Shown here: positions 37,099 through 50,889 of the stretch, piece by piece
How positions within the stretch are numbered: position 1 is the first letter of the stretch
Layout of the letters: every line of letters begins with the position of its first letter
NCBI GenBank assembly: GCA_964016885.1
Contig: OZ024740.1
Location: forward strand, 117,242,001-117,306,000
Direction of reading: 5' to 3'
Source: Eledone cirrhosa
Taxonomy: Eukaryota
Length of the DNA stretch: 64,000 nucleotides
Notes under the pieces: model-generated
Databases searched by the model: none
The model's input: the letters and a program-made list of their open reading frames with translations, nothing else
What the model was told of the DNA's origin: nothing
Position numbers and translations under genes: made by a program

Positions 37099-40000
37099 AG
37101 AAAGAGTGGGTGGGTTGAGGGAGAGGAAGAGAGCGATAGGAATACATCGTGATGATGAATAACTGCAAAAGTGTGTTAGTCTGGTAAAATTTTAGTATAC
37201 ATTTTAAATATTTTAGATCTGAGCGTTTTTCTTCAGTAGGGATTTGGCGTGGGTAGCACAAAGTACAGCTGCTAGATTGCTTGTAGTACGGCATTTTTAG
37301 TTTCTTTGCCAGCTAAGTGCCGGTGTCGAGATCTCAGCTACAATGAAAATATTCTTTATGGTAGTTGTTTTAGTTTTAAAGTTCCAGAAAATCAGACGTA
37401 GACATAAAAGAAGAGATGTGTGTTATGTTGTTATTTCGATAGAAAACAATCGTCACTTCTTAATGTTTGTCTCCACTTTTCTTGTTTGATGCTCCTGTGC
37501 CTGAAACATGAAATATTCACAATAAGATAGTTCGTCTATCCTCAAGCTGCTTACTTACTGCTGGCATCTATGTAGATATATAACGGTTGTATTTAATAGA
37601 AATGGGCGTGAAAATAAGACGCTTGCCTGCTTGATGACAACTGATGACAGCTGATGATGACACTCATCTGGGATGACACGTGTTGTGATAATTTTTCTCT
37701 TGTTAACCTCATAGCTTCGGTCGCAAATCCAGAAAGGAAAGATGACTAAATACTAGGCATTCATTGACCGTTTTCTTTTTTATCCGTCGCCATCAAGACC
37801 TTCGGTGTTCTCGTTCAGCGGACTGACGTTTTTCTACAATTAATCTTAATGGGGTTATCTTATTTGAGGAAGGAATCCCGTGAGTTGGAAAGCCTGATGC
37901 AGTGGGTATCGTTGACTGTTCGCCTAGCATTGTATTAAGTACCTTACTGTGGCTACCCCCGATTGAACCCGGAAATCTCTCTCTCTCTCTTTCTTTCTCT
38001 CTCTCACACATATATTCAGTTGAATATGCGTAAAATATTACCTAAACTTACGTAAAACTAATAAAAGAATTTATCAGTAAAACAAATGCTAATCAATGTC
38101 TACAACTACTACAAAGAAAGCCGTTGAACCTTCGCATGATCTACTTGAAATGGCAGCCATATCTCTCTCCATCTTGAATAGGGGAAAGACACACATTAGA
38201 TAATGTAAATCAGGTATTCGCTCCAAAGACAAGATGGTCCGGGCTGGAATGCTTTGAACATAGGCCTGCTCGATCAGAGTTTATTGAAGCTGGTCTTGAA
38301 AAGCTGCTGCTGCCGCTGTTACTACTACTAAACATATTTGAATTTGTAGGCGTGAATATGGATGTGTGCATTTGTATGTAGTTATAGATGTGTGCATATT
38401 TGTATGTAAGTATGTGTATCATATATATATGTGCATATAAATATGTCAGCTTTTATTTACTTACATGCAAATACATACATAAATAGCAGAGAGAGTGAGA
38501 GAGAGAAAGAAAGAGAGGGGAGAGTGGAGAGAGAGAAAGAGATATATAGATTAAGAGAAAGGGGGGGGGGAGAGAAAGGTAGGGAGAGGGATGGAGGGAA
38601 ATATTAAGGAAGCGTGGAAATCCGTTTCTCATTAACTAGCATAGTAAATTGAGATCAAATGACCAAGTACAGAATTCCATTCATTTTACGGCTGTCGGAA
38701 CAAGAGTTAAATTGAATATTTCTTTCCGTTTACTACTACATTCGTCTCTGGAGACAAGCAGAGGTAGATTTCTACATACATACCACACAAACAAAAATAT
38801 GCACTTATCGACACTAGTTCTCGGGTTGCTAGAAAGAGCAGTTTCATTTCCTTCAAGCCACATTGTATTGTATTAAAAAAAGAACGGACACATTTGATAA
38901 TTTGATAATCTAGTTCATTGATGTAATGGAAAGAAGGCTGCTTTTCTGTCCTTGGTTATAATAGCTAACGTTCTTCGAGAAATAGTTTCAATTTAAGTAC
39001 TGAAAACATCAGACAGAGTGAGAATTTCAGACGACCGTTCTGTGATGGAAAGACTAGAAGTTAGCGTTGGGCGGACACAGTATAATTATGTCGGGAGAGC
39101 CTGAGTGAAGGCGACGCGGGATTATCTACTCCAAAGAGCAGAGGCCACTGTAGTATCCGAAATAAATAATGAGATGGATCAACGTAGCTGTGGGTAGAGG
39201 TTTGAAGTATGTTTGTGAGCGACCTCATACCAATCAGTTTGGTAGCCTTTTGTGGGGTGCGGTCTCTGATGCCTGTATGTGTAATAACAGCACGATCCTA
39301 GTTGTGGGAGCAGTTTTTAGAAACTTACTAGATGGTGAAACATTTTCTGGCTTTGAAGAAGGCAAATCTTTCTAATGAAATATTTGCTATGTAAACGCGT
39401 GAAAAGAGATTACCAGTATACGCTCAATCAAATACATACAGAATTGAAGAATTGTTGCGTGCCACATCACTTTATGTACAGATCTTCCATTTGCTAATGT
39501 GCTACTGTAAAACAAATTCAAAGGCCTGCATAATATAATAAAATCCCCATTCTGCAAATCACACCTTACCGTTTTAAATGTGGGAAAGTCACTTTGGAAA
39601 TTTGTAATTCCGGATACACATCAATATGGAATAGTCAGTACTGAAAACTCTTTCAGCGTCAGACCTAATTGAAATTTGTTCGATTAAGCCTAACCTTAGG
39701 ATATACAAAATTAACAATCAGATATGAACTCCAAGGAATAATTTTTCTTTAGTTAATAATATCCAAAGCCATTTCGATATAATTAGATTTCAGTGGCGCT
39801 GAAGTTTCAACGTTAACAACAAATAATAGATCATACACATAATGAACATAAAATCGGTTTAGTTTACTGGTTACTTGCAACTTCGACGTTTGGATGGAAC
39901 AATTTTGCAGGGTCAAGGAATTGATAAAGGTCAAAAGAAATTAAACAAATATGACAAAACATTAAATAGGTCAATCGTTGTAGACACAATCATCCGAGCA

Positions 40001-40587
40001 ACAAAATATCATGTGAGTAAAACACAAGGTGCACAAACAAAGTTATTGTAAACGGAGAAACAATCGTTTGACGAAATGTTGAGCAACTTTGAATTGCGAA
40101 AGTATGTTAGCTTATTGAAAGTTGTTTGTTTAAACCCTAGAGACAGAGAAAAATTGGACAGAGATGCCTAACATACATTCACAATATACGAGTAGTTATT
40201 GATTTGAATGGAAACCGCATTATAGGGGAAAATACCATTAAATAAAAAATAGTTTGGGAATAGTATTTTCATTTGTTGAAACGTTTAGACCGTTAATGAA
40301 CCGTCACTGATGATGTCTAAAACGATTTCTATAACTTATTGAAAACTCAACGCATAGTTGTACCAAGAATTATCAGTATAGCTGTTTGTTAATATAACTA
40401 GATGGTTCGGCTAAATGCAATTATCATATCTACAAAGGGAGGTTTTGAAATCTCATATATATATATACATAATAACTGTGAAACATGTAAAGACAACTTC
40501 CTTATGATTTTCTTTATGAAGAGAAAAAAAATATTTGCTTAAAATGTGCGAAAAAAATGCCGTTAAGCATGTAAAATACAGATTACA

Positions 40588-40619
<32 letters not shown>

Positions 40620-40621
<2 letters not shown>

Positions 40622-41105
40622 TGTAATCTGAGTTTTTCGAATATTAATAACATTCGATTCGTTTGCAATTATGCAAACAAGCCTCAATTTTATAGCCATG
40701 TCAGTAGAATGAACCCTTCATTCTTGCTCTTGTTTTGACATGTGAACAGAACTGCAGACACTAATGTTTCTGGGTATTACCCTTCATCAGTACAGCTCAC
40801 CACTCACCTGTCAGAGCTAGTGAAAATATATGCTATTTTCAAAAATACACAGTGACTGATCAGCCTGATGTGCATATTAGTTTCCTGTATACGAGCGATA
40901 AATGGCCGGCTTTGCCAAATTCAAATAAAAAAGAAAAAGAAAATGTTTGCTCTACATGGCTGAATACAATAAATGTAATCTGAGATTTTCGAATATTAAT
41001 AACATTCGATTCGTTTGCATTTATGCAAACAAGCCTCAATTTTATAGCCATGTCAGTAGAATGAACTCTTCAACATACTTGTGTTGGCATGTGAACAGAA
41101 CTGCA
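40620..41105 (-). mobile_element. Non-coding HHR-bearing element with ~135-bp terminal direct repeats (Penelope pLTR / retrozyme-like), flanked by (TA)n
   Basis: 40622-40756 is repeated at 40974-41105 (period about 350); HHR at 40750-40797; a third, inverted copy of the repeat lies at about 42598-42712. Confidence 0.75.
40750..40797 (-). ncRNA. Minimal type I hammerhead ribozyme
   Basis: Reverse complement AGCTGTA-CTGATGA-a-GGGTA-a-TACCC-a-GAAA-CATTAGTG-TC-TGCAGTT. 7-bp stem I including G-U pairs, GUC triplet; A-A mismatch at the base of stem II. Confidence 0.78.
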
Positions 41106-41133
41106 TTTTCTTTATTTATATATATATTTTTTC

Positions 41134-41208
<75 letters not shown>

Positions 41209-41254
41209 GAAATGACAGGAGGCTGGACTTGTGTAAATCCTTGAAAGGTTTATT

Positions 41255-41312
41255 ATACTATGGTAATTTCAAGGACCGGGTTCCGTATGAATCCGGTGAT
41301 ATCATCAGGTAT
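41255..41312 (-). ncRNA. Degenerate hammerhead-like motif
   Basis: Reverse complement ATAC-CTGATGA-tatc-ACCGG...CCGGT-cctt-GAAA-TTACCA-TA-GTAT. Cores intact; base of stem II and stem III weak. Confidence 0.5.
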
Positions 41313-41412
41313 TCGAAATATAATAAGTGAATGTAATAGATAAAATCCATGGGGCTGAAAATCAAAGACCGGAGGACGACCGTCATCCAGCATCTTCCAC
41401 CTTTGCCGGTCG

Positions 41413-41486
<74 letters not shown>

Positions 41487-41811
41487 ATAAGGTGTGAAAG
41501 TATGCTTAAGGCATTGTGGAGTATGAAACTGAAAAGTCCGTTTATCTGTAAAGAAAGCCATGCAAGGTTAGATTGGCAAATTAATAATCAGAATTATTAC
41601 CTTTTCAATCTAACCAAATTGCATTGCACAGCTGTCTATACAAACCGACTTATATGTATGTATGTACGTACGTACGTACGTATGTATGTATGTATGTATG
41701 TATGTATGTATGTATGTATGTATGTATGTATGTATGTATGTATGTATGTATGTATGTATGTATGTATGTATGTATGTATGTATGTATGTATGCGTATATA
41801 TGTATGTATGC

Positions 41812-41854
<43 letters not shown>

Positions 41855-41855
41855 C

Positions 41856-41895
<40 letters not shown>

Positions 41896-41971
41896 CGAAG
41901 GAAATGTGGTAAGGAACCAGGTGGACCATAACGCACCAAAGTACTCGATACTTGAGGTAGTAGAGTGGGTA

Positions 41972-42085
41972 ATAGGAACCAGTAAGACCCCGACAGCTGA
42001 GCTCAAGCCGTTTCGACGGCTAATTCTGGACTCCAGAATTAGCCGTCGAAACGGCTTGAGCTCAGCTGTCGGGGTCTTACTGGTT

Positions 42086-42090
<5 letters not shown>
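41972..42090. repeat. Perfect 59-bp inverted repeat with 1-nt spacer, containing hammerhead 3' halves
   Basis: Arms 41972-42030 and 42032-42090; each contains GAAACGGC-TTGAGCTCA-GCTGTC-GGGGT. Confidence 0.92.
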
Positions 42091-42135
<45 letters not shown>

Positions 42136-42145
42136 TGTGTGTATG

Positions 42146-42212
<67 letters not shown>

Positions 42213-42597
42213 CTTGGTATGCTTAGGCACACGAAATAACTGTACGTATACTAGTTGCTATGAAATAGCTTATAAAATAGGGTAAAGACGCCTAGAAACT
42301 GAAAAGGTGGGCCAGCAGTTGTTCCCTGTAAGCGGCTGCTGGTAACTTCTTTCCTCTCTCTCTAAGGGTCTTTAAACTACTTTATAAGATATTTTATAGC
42401 AACTTCTATAAATTTTATTCTCTCAGCATTTCGAAATGTTGAGTTTCTCTTTCACTCAAGTATGTGTGTTAAAGGTTTCGCTCCGACATAGCTGTATTCA
42501 TAGAAGTAGTATGTGAATTTTATCTATCTAATGATATACGGTATGTTTACGAATAAACATTTTGAAAGCCCTTTAGCTAGGAATATTGAAAGTATCA

Positions 42598-42712
42598 ACA
42601 CAAGAGCAAGACTGAGGGTTATTCTACTGACATGGCTTAAAAGAGACTCTTTGCATAATTGAAAACGAATCGAATATTATTATTATTATTCGAAAAACTC
42701 AGATTACATTTA
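42598..42712 (+). repeat. Diverged copy of the terminal repeat of the 40620-41105 element, ending at (TA)n
   Basis: attctactgacatggct...tttgcataattg.aaacgaatcgaat...ttcgaaaaactcagattaca is the reverse complement of 40622-40735. Confidence 0.8.
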
Positions 42713-42739
42713 TATATACATACATACATACATATATGT

Positions 42740-43099
<360 letters not shown>

Positions 43100-43516
43100 T
43101 GTAACCACTTCTACCTAACTCGTCCCTTGGACTGAGTGCTCTACCACTACGGATATTACCTTCCAGTGTACCACCACAATATATATATATATATATATAT
43201 GTGGGCTGACAGTAATTGATTAAGGAACTGCAGAAACCCAAAAAGCTAGAATTTAACATCCTTCTAGCGGGTCCGGGTGACTTTTTTACATTCATTTAAT
43301 CTATTAATTTATTAATTTTTTATTTGAGTGACCCGAATTTTCCTGGTCGTTTTTTTCGGCTGTGCGATTGATTCTAAGCATCGTCTTTATGTGTTGGTAT
43401 TTTAACGATAGTTATAGCTCTGGTTCATCCAAACTATTGAGCCCTCTGCTACACATGTCGAAGTTTGTTTATCGTTATTTCGTGGGCCGAAATTCTGATT
43501 CTCGATTATTTACTTT

Positions 43517-43548
<32 letters not shown>

Positions 43549-43991
43549 GCGGCGATGAATTAGTTTAGCGATGTTTTTTACATGAAATCGTGTGTGGAAA
43601 CAAATATTGTTATACTTGGGGAGGGTCATATTTGTGTAATATTGCCAGAATTAATAACAGAACACACTCACTGTTTGGTTGGTTTTCGCTTCTCGCTGTC
43701 TTTTATATCTGCGATCTAACTTAATCGGTCCTCAATGTTGCCATTGACTGACCGACGGTCAAAAATAATACAGATACAATATAGACACAAACACATATAT
43801 ATAGTTTGCATAATTTACATAAATCTTTCGTTGCACATCTGCAACATCGTCAGTGGTGTTATATTTTTTCCTCCTGTTGTGTTGTATGTCTACGCCATTT
43901 TTTATTCAGTCTGTCTATATATTTATTTATTTATTTGCTTGTTTGTTTATTTTATTTTGTCTTCTTTGCGCATGCGTTTGCGTGTGTGTGA

Positions 43992-44110
43992 TGTAATGTA
44001 ATGTAATGTAATGTAATGTAATGTAATGTAATGTAATGTAATGTAATGTAATGTAATGTGATGTAATGTGATGTGATGTGATGTGATGTGATGTGATGTG
44101 ATGTGATGTG

Positions 44111-44157
<47 letters not shown>
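43992..44157. repeat. Compound microsatellite (TGTAA)n-(TGTGA)n-(TG)n
   Basis: Direct reading. Confidence 0.95.
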
Positions 44158-44160
<3 letters not shown>

Positions 44161-45753
44161 ATATATTTACATCCTCGTATTTTATGTGTTGGTGAGTGTT
44201 TTTAAGTATACTGTACGTATCTGCATGGTTCTAGAACACATGCATCTTCACGTATACATACAAAACCTCGCATGCGTCTACGTCTGTTTATATCTGTTTT
44301 CGCATATTAATTAGTACAACGCTGTGTGTAAACATCCATCTTTATATTAGGAGTGTTCTATAAGTACGTATTTATAAGTATTTGTTTGTGGACATGTGTG
44401 CGATAATATATGTTTATTTGCTTATATAATTTAATATTTTGTTTTACATTAGTCGTATTCGTAATTCTATCCGCTACTTCAAATGTTTATCTATTTGATT
44501 AACAGTAATTATACATTTATCCATAGTCATATAGCCTTGAAATAACCCTTATACGTCTCGGTGATTCAGTCTCTACTTTCCATTCAGTTTTAACTTACGT
44601 GAACTTATGCTCAGATAAACAAGTACATTTTATATGAGTTGCATTGTGCGGCACCGCCTACACCGTACTATTCCAATGCTGCTCTTATAGTTAGCGACTG
44701 GTCTAATACTCATTACTTTATCTGATTAGAGATCATTTAACATTTTTTATCAGATCCATCCTCAACTTGATTTCCTTCTGGGCCAGGAACCACGACACCT
44801 TTAAGCCTTTCAAATTTAAAAGGGTATACAGCAGAATGCACTTCTTGCCGACAGTAATTTTTCAAGAATATACTGGAGAGCACCAGCAATATCCTTGCAG
44901 CGACTAAAATGTCCTTCTTACGTTGTTTCCGTTCATTTGCAAATCATTTTCCAGAATATACTACTGCGTGTATTGTATCGTGTCGCCGATACAGGAAAGC
45001 TTGAGTTGTTATCGACGCCATTATTGCGCTCTTTCTACTCTATGTTGTATCTGCCTGTTCGTTTGCTTCTAGAAACGTTTATATATACAAGTAATATCAT
45101 AATTTACTTTTTCCTATTACTATACTGCTTTCTTTAGCGTACATGTCATATTTGTCCAAATTTGCACCCCACCGTCGAATAATCTGACGAAATATACCCC
45201 GGTTCATATCACTCCTGTAATTAAATATAACATTAACAGTTACCTTGCGTAATATATTGAAATAAGATATGAAATTATAACTGAAATATATGAAAAGACT
45301 ATCAACTAAGGTCTCTCTGAAAATGATCGAGTTAGGAATATGTCGGGAAAGTAACATACAAAGAGTAAGATACAAAGAGGCTTAGAGAAAGAAGTAGTAG
45401 TAGCAAAAAATATCAATTAATTTCTTATTACTGACGATAAAAGAATGGCATTTTTAGTAATGTAGTAATGTTGGGCGTGTAGAGGAAAACAAATATTTCT
45501 CCTTGAAAGTTGGCCAAGTGGAACAAAAGTGCTGCTTCGGTCAAAAGGGATATTGAGTCTTTATCTGATAGCATAGACAAGGGCAGTTATGTATGTGAAC
45601 ACACGGATGCCTGTGACTATGTGGTTTCACTTGTTTACATCAAAGAGATTAACTTTTAGAACTTTATCTCATTGGATTAAATACATCTGATAAAACGCGC
45701 GTACACACAATATACACAGAAACACACGCATGTTTGTTTATATATGTTTATAT

Positions 45754-45854
<101 letters not shown>

Positions 45855-46623
45855 ATCTGCACGCGCACATGTATATAGTGTGCATCTGCATATGTATAAT
45901 TCCTGAAGTTATCCACCCTTCTCTTTGAGTGCTGCTAAGAATTGCCGCTAGGTTTTTGTTTTCTTTCTCGAAATGCAGGAGAAACATCTACACATTTAAA
46001 ATTTGTCTGCGGCATCTATGATGCCGTCTTTCATCATTACTATTTACAATATACTTCCCCTCACTTTATCACACTGTCTCCTTCTCTATTATGTTGCTCG
46101 TGCTGTTTTTCTCGATCAACCAACCATGCTATAGCTGTTTCACCGCTTCGTTCTCTCTTTTATCTCCTACGATCAGTCTCTCCTCTATCAACCTTTCCCC
46201 CTGGTTGTCTCATTACGCTTCTACCCCCCACTATGTCCTGTCGCTTATGTAGAATCTCTTTACCAAGGACTATCATGCAGTTGTTTATCGCCTACTCACT
46301 AACACCCCACTGCTCATCTGTTACTATTTCTATCACCTCACCTTAACTCTCCTCCCAACTAGTTGAATAGAAAGGTAAGGAGTGAACGGAAATATCGTTT
46401 GAAAGCTGCTGATTACATGTGGAATATCTTTCTCGGAATTGTGACAATCGATTAGTTTCGATCGCAACATAGAGTTTTATTGGTTTCACTGTTTTTAGTT
46501 TCAAAAATGTGGATTGAAAAACCATAAATTTCGAAATAGGGGCGTAATATTACGTCTATGAATGCAAGAGTGGTTACGTCTCCTGATAATGTTAACTTCA
46601 TCCTCAAACTTACAGGAAATATG

Positions 46624-46723
46624 CCAATGTATAAATATCATTTTATGCAGTGTTATTTCCTCAGGTCTGACTGACCAATGTATAACATCATTTTATGCAG
46701 TGTTATTTCCTCAGGTCTGACTG
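46624..46723. repeat. Tandem duplication, ~50-bp unit x2
   Basis: ccaatgtataa...tcattttatgcagtgttatttcctcaggtctgactg at 46624 and 46675. Confidence 0.9.
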
Positions 46724-47418
46724 CACTAATCAAAGCCTTTACACCTCTTTTCTTGTCAGTTAGAGCCTATCTATATCACTATTTCTGTGGAAGCTTCTGG
46801 TTAATGCCAGGATCTTATGTATGTTTTTTGGTTCTATTTTCAAAAAAATCTCACACATAGAGAGCTGGATTCTAACCCAGAAACAAGGCTCTTTCACTGG
46901 AGTTTAGACAACATCAACTACATAATTATACAATTCTGCCTGTTTTTAATCAAAAGTGCACATGTTTATATATTTCTATATCTATACTTATGCACTTTTT
47001 GCATGCTAAACTTCTAAAATGTTTTACATACGTTTACAATTCCATTAATAGGGTATACTTTCAATTTCCTAATAAGTCGAATTCTTTCTGGATCTGCGAA
47101 GCCCGGCTTCTCAAGATTTGTGCTGCATGTATGCATACATATTTATACGCCTGTGCATATCATATATGTATGATTATTTCTAATGTTTTCTCTCTCTCTC
47201 TTTCTCTCTCACGCACGCACGCACGCACACACACATTGGCATATACTACTAAAGCATTCATATTCATGAAATCAGTTTTTTTCTCTCTCATATTAGGGGT
47301 CCCAAAGTGGTCGATACTGACGTGTAGATATCTATGGAACGATTACAACTGGTTAATAAACATGTAAGTGTAAATGAGAAGTGTCAACATTCTTATGAGA
47401 AATAAAATTATATAAAAT

Positions 47419-47597
47419 AATTGTTTCTACTATTGGCACAAGGCCAGCAATTACCCAGTACATTATTGGTACTTTATTTTATCGACCCCGTAAGGATGAA
47501 AGGCAAGGTTAACCTCGGCGGGATTCGAACTCGGAATGGCAAGGGACGTAACTCTATGCGTCAAAGCAAGGCGTCCGACCCTCTACCGATACTGCCA
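47419..47597 (-). mobile_element. SINE, same family
   Basis: Core and head present; further decayed copies near 7490-7570, 33468-33560, 48040-48180 and 59400-59450. Confidence 0.83.
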
Positions 47598-49692
47598 AAA
47601 TAATACTCATAAATCCTGTTTTACAGAACCAACAAAAACAAAATTTAACCGAGGAGCGCATGGAGACTTAAGATTAAGATTCACTAATCAGCAACCAACT
47701 ATCAATTCTGTTGCTAATGCACATCAATCAACCAACCAATTAACGATGTCATCTAATTCAATAAAAAAGATATGCTAATATATTTCGTGTTCAATGTTAC
47801 CTATATTATGTAATTGAGCTTCTTTCAATATTATTATTACTTATTTATTTTGTTGATGCTTGGGATCGATGGGAGATCAACAACAAAAACCATCACAAAA
47901 GAAACGCACACAATTTATACCAATGAGCAGCTGTGTAAAGTGATATACGGCGTGTCATGCACCTTTAAACGTGGTGGGGCCCATGTCCGCGTCAGAAAGA
48001 GAGAGAGGGGAGGTGGGTCAGAAAGAGATATAGAAGTGTAATCGATCCCGGTATGGGATTGGTACTTTATCGATATTGAAAGGATGAAAAACATTGTTGA
48101 CCCTGATGGATTTGAACTCCGGCGCACATGGCCGAAGCAAATATAGAGAAGCAAACTATCTGATTTTCTAAAGACTGCCATATGAACACCTTGCGCTACT
48201 AAGTTACTAAGTTACTAAATTCACGATAAATCTATGAAACGTTACCATTAAAATAGCAGAACATAGTTCTTGTCTTACTAATTAAATTCAGTGTAGGTAT
48301 AGTATATAAGGGCCTGGTGCAATATTAGTATTAAGTGAAATCAAATCTTCTGTCTGATGCATCATATCAAAACTGCAAATATGTGGTATGGCATTGGCAT
48401 ATTACAGCTCACACCTATACAGGTTTAGTTGGCCTTCTTTGAGGTTGCAATTACATCATAATATATTTTCGAACACTGCAAATGTATGAACATTTATAAT
48501 ATATACACAAACACAAAATAGCAGAGTGAAGGCTAGACAACTGGTTGATAATCCGAAATATGAAGAGGAGAAAAACATGAAAGTCATATAACGAGTTTTC
48601 TTTTCATGACGGCAACCAAGACATTACATTTTAAAGAAGGGGCGCATGAGAAATGTTCACGCTTATATTGTTCCCATGGGCAATATTAGCGTATGTTAAG
48701 TAAAATGGCTCCAACTTGGTATCGAAACCGTACAACGGCCTAGTCTCTAACTTGTCTCTAACAGGGAGTCTTAGTTTTTGCTCTACGGTGCCTGCCGGTA
48801 AAGATAAATAAATAGATTAAAAGGTCAAAAAACGAAACTGTTTAATTCTGTTTGGGCTGCTGCGACATTTTAAATATTTACTAACAATTACATGCACAGC
48901 ACGTTTGTCGACTGTCGGCTATCCTGCCATGCCTTAATCACAGCAACATTACAAAACGCCAGATAGTCCTGATGTTAAAAATCAAAATGGTAGCTTTGTA
49001 ATTTGATCTAGGTTTTCGACAAGAGAGACGAAAGTAGGGAAGAAAAAATAACGCACACGACTCTTAATTATAGAAGGTCATTAGGAATTAGATCTTATGT
49101 GACATACATTATATAAACTAATAATAGCATTGCATGCATTCTGCTTTCTAATTAGTGTATGATCAAGAAAAAACTATTAGTGGTGTGCAGCAAGTTAAAG
49201 AAGAACGGAAAATGCAGTCTGGAGAAATCGCGACGAAATACAAACACGACTAAGTGTTTCGACTATTTGTGTGTGAAGGTGAACCATTCAGAAGAACCGT
49301 AACACGTCAAATGCTGGGCTTTGAATCTGGAATCCAAACCAGTTACTAGTTACAGGTGCTATTCGGAGATGGAAGTGAAGATGTTGCGTTAGTAGCGGTT
49401 TCCAATCTATTATAATTACAACACATATTGGCAAATCAATAGCCCATTGTGATTATTTTTTCATTATATTTCAATAGGACATAGTCTTCATTGGGAACTA
49501 TTCCATTATAAAGTCTATGACCAATTCAGAATTATGTTTGTGACCAATTCAGAATTATGTCGTGGGGTATAAGTTGGAAACAGTTGGGATATACTGTAGT
49601 TCACTATTAGGTGTTCAAATTGTGGCAGATTGGCTTTTGTTTTTTTACACGAAAAACAAAAATATAAGTAAAAGACACTTAATTGTAGTCGA

Positions 49693-49693
<1 letters not shown>

Positions 49694-49723
<30 letters not shown>

Positions 49724-49960
49724 ACGTTTAACGTCCATCTTTGCAAACTAGTGTGGGTTAGACGTGTTGTTCCGTTGTGAGACAAGTCAGATGACCGTGT
49801 CTTGCTCATACAGAACAGTTTTTGGTTTCTACGACCGGATGCCCTTCCCAACGCCAACCATATTTACAGTGTGGATTGGGTACTTTTTATTATGCACCAA
49901 AACGAACAATTTACAGTGTGGAATGGACTCTTTTTGTAGTGTCACCAACACGACCACTTT
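49694..49960 (-). mobile_element. Non-autonomous RTE derivative (RTE 5' UTR segment joined to RTE 3' end and (TGA)n tail)
   Basis: (TCA)n followed by tttaacgtcc, like the LINE 3' end at 13938-13975; ggatgcccttcccaacgccaacca...tttacag..tggattgggtacttttt matches the LINE 5' UTR at 17096-17150. Decayed relative at about 58350-58525. Confidence 0.72.
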
Positions 49961-50889
49961 ACATTGTAGATTACATCTAAAATATCCACTCCAGTGAAAT
50001 TGAAACTTGTACGCAATTGAAAGTATATATATCGTATGCATGTTTAATGTGTATTACATCAGGGTCGTAAAAAATAATCTAGGTTGTGGTGAGTGGAAAG
50101 ATTCTTGCATTCACAAAAACTGAATTGACTGACATTTACAAAAATGCATACCCTGGGGTACTTATTTTAGTATATTTCGTATCATGTTGGCGTTGGATTT
50201 TATCTTTCAAATTTGCATGGCATCAGAAATATATATAATGTAATAATGTCTTGCTATTTTTTAGCCCAACGGGTAATGTATCCGGCACTTTTTTATTGTG
50301 GTAGTTTGGGATTTGAGGAAGGTTTGGCTGCAAGTCAACCGATCACATGCAGGGCTTAGAATCCATAACTATATTAACCTTGCCTGCATAAACTGGCCTT
50401 CAGAATTCACTTAGTTTAAAGTAAAATCTTATAACATAATCTTTGATGACAGGGAATTTTGCTTCTAAAAACCAGGGTATCGTATGACAACGTTACGTAT
50501 ATATAGTTAAAAATAGACTAGGGCCGTGCAACATTGTTACAATCATCAAATGAAGAAAAAAAATCCTTTGAAGTTGATGTCATGTTGTGATAAGGGAGAA
50601 AATAAAACTCCCGAGTTATATATCTGTATATATCCCATAGATGCTCAAATATATCTGTATGAGCGTGTGTGCTGAGATGCGTCTTCGTGTACATAAATAA
50701 GTATGGAAGTATGCATTTGGATAAGTGTGCTTCTGAGAAATATTAGCTACTTGGTTTCATTTACTTAAACATTAAGAAAATCTACTCGACTTAAAATTCC
50801 ATGAAACTGTTTTCAGACGAGGATTAATTCTATCTACTGAAATGCCCTGTTTAAAACTTCGCTATATTTACATTATATTTGTTGTCCAT

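Noticed and set aside
37793-38422. Minus-strand ORFs as candidate Mox exon 1
   Set aside because: Overlap repeat-derived or low-complexity sequence, with no Mox-like features or convincing phase-1 donor.
40275-40330. GAAACG...CTGATGA as a possible permuted hammerhead
   Set aside because: Could not build consistent stems I and II.
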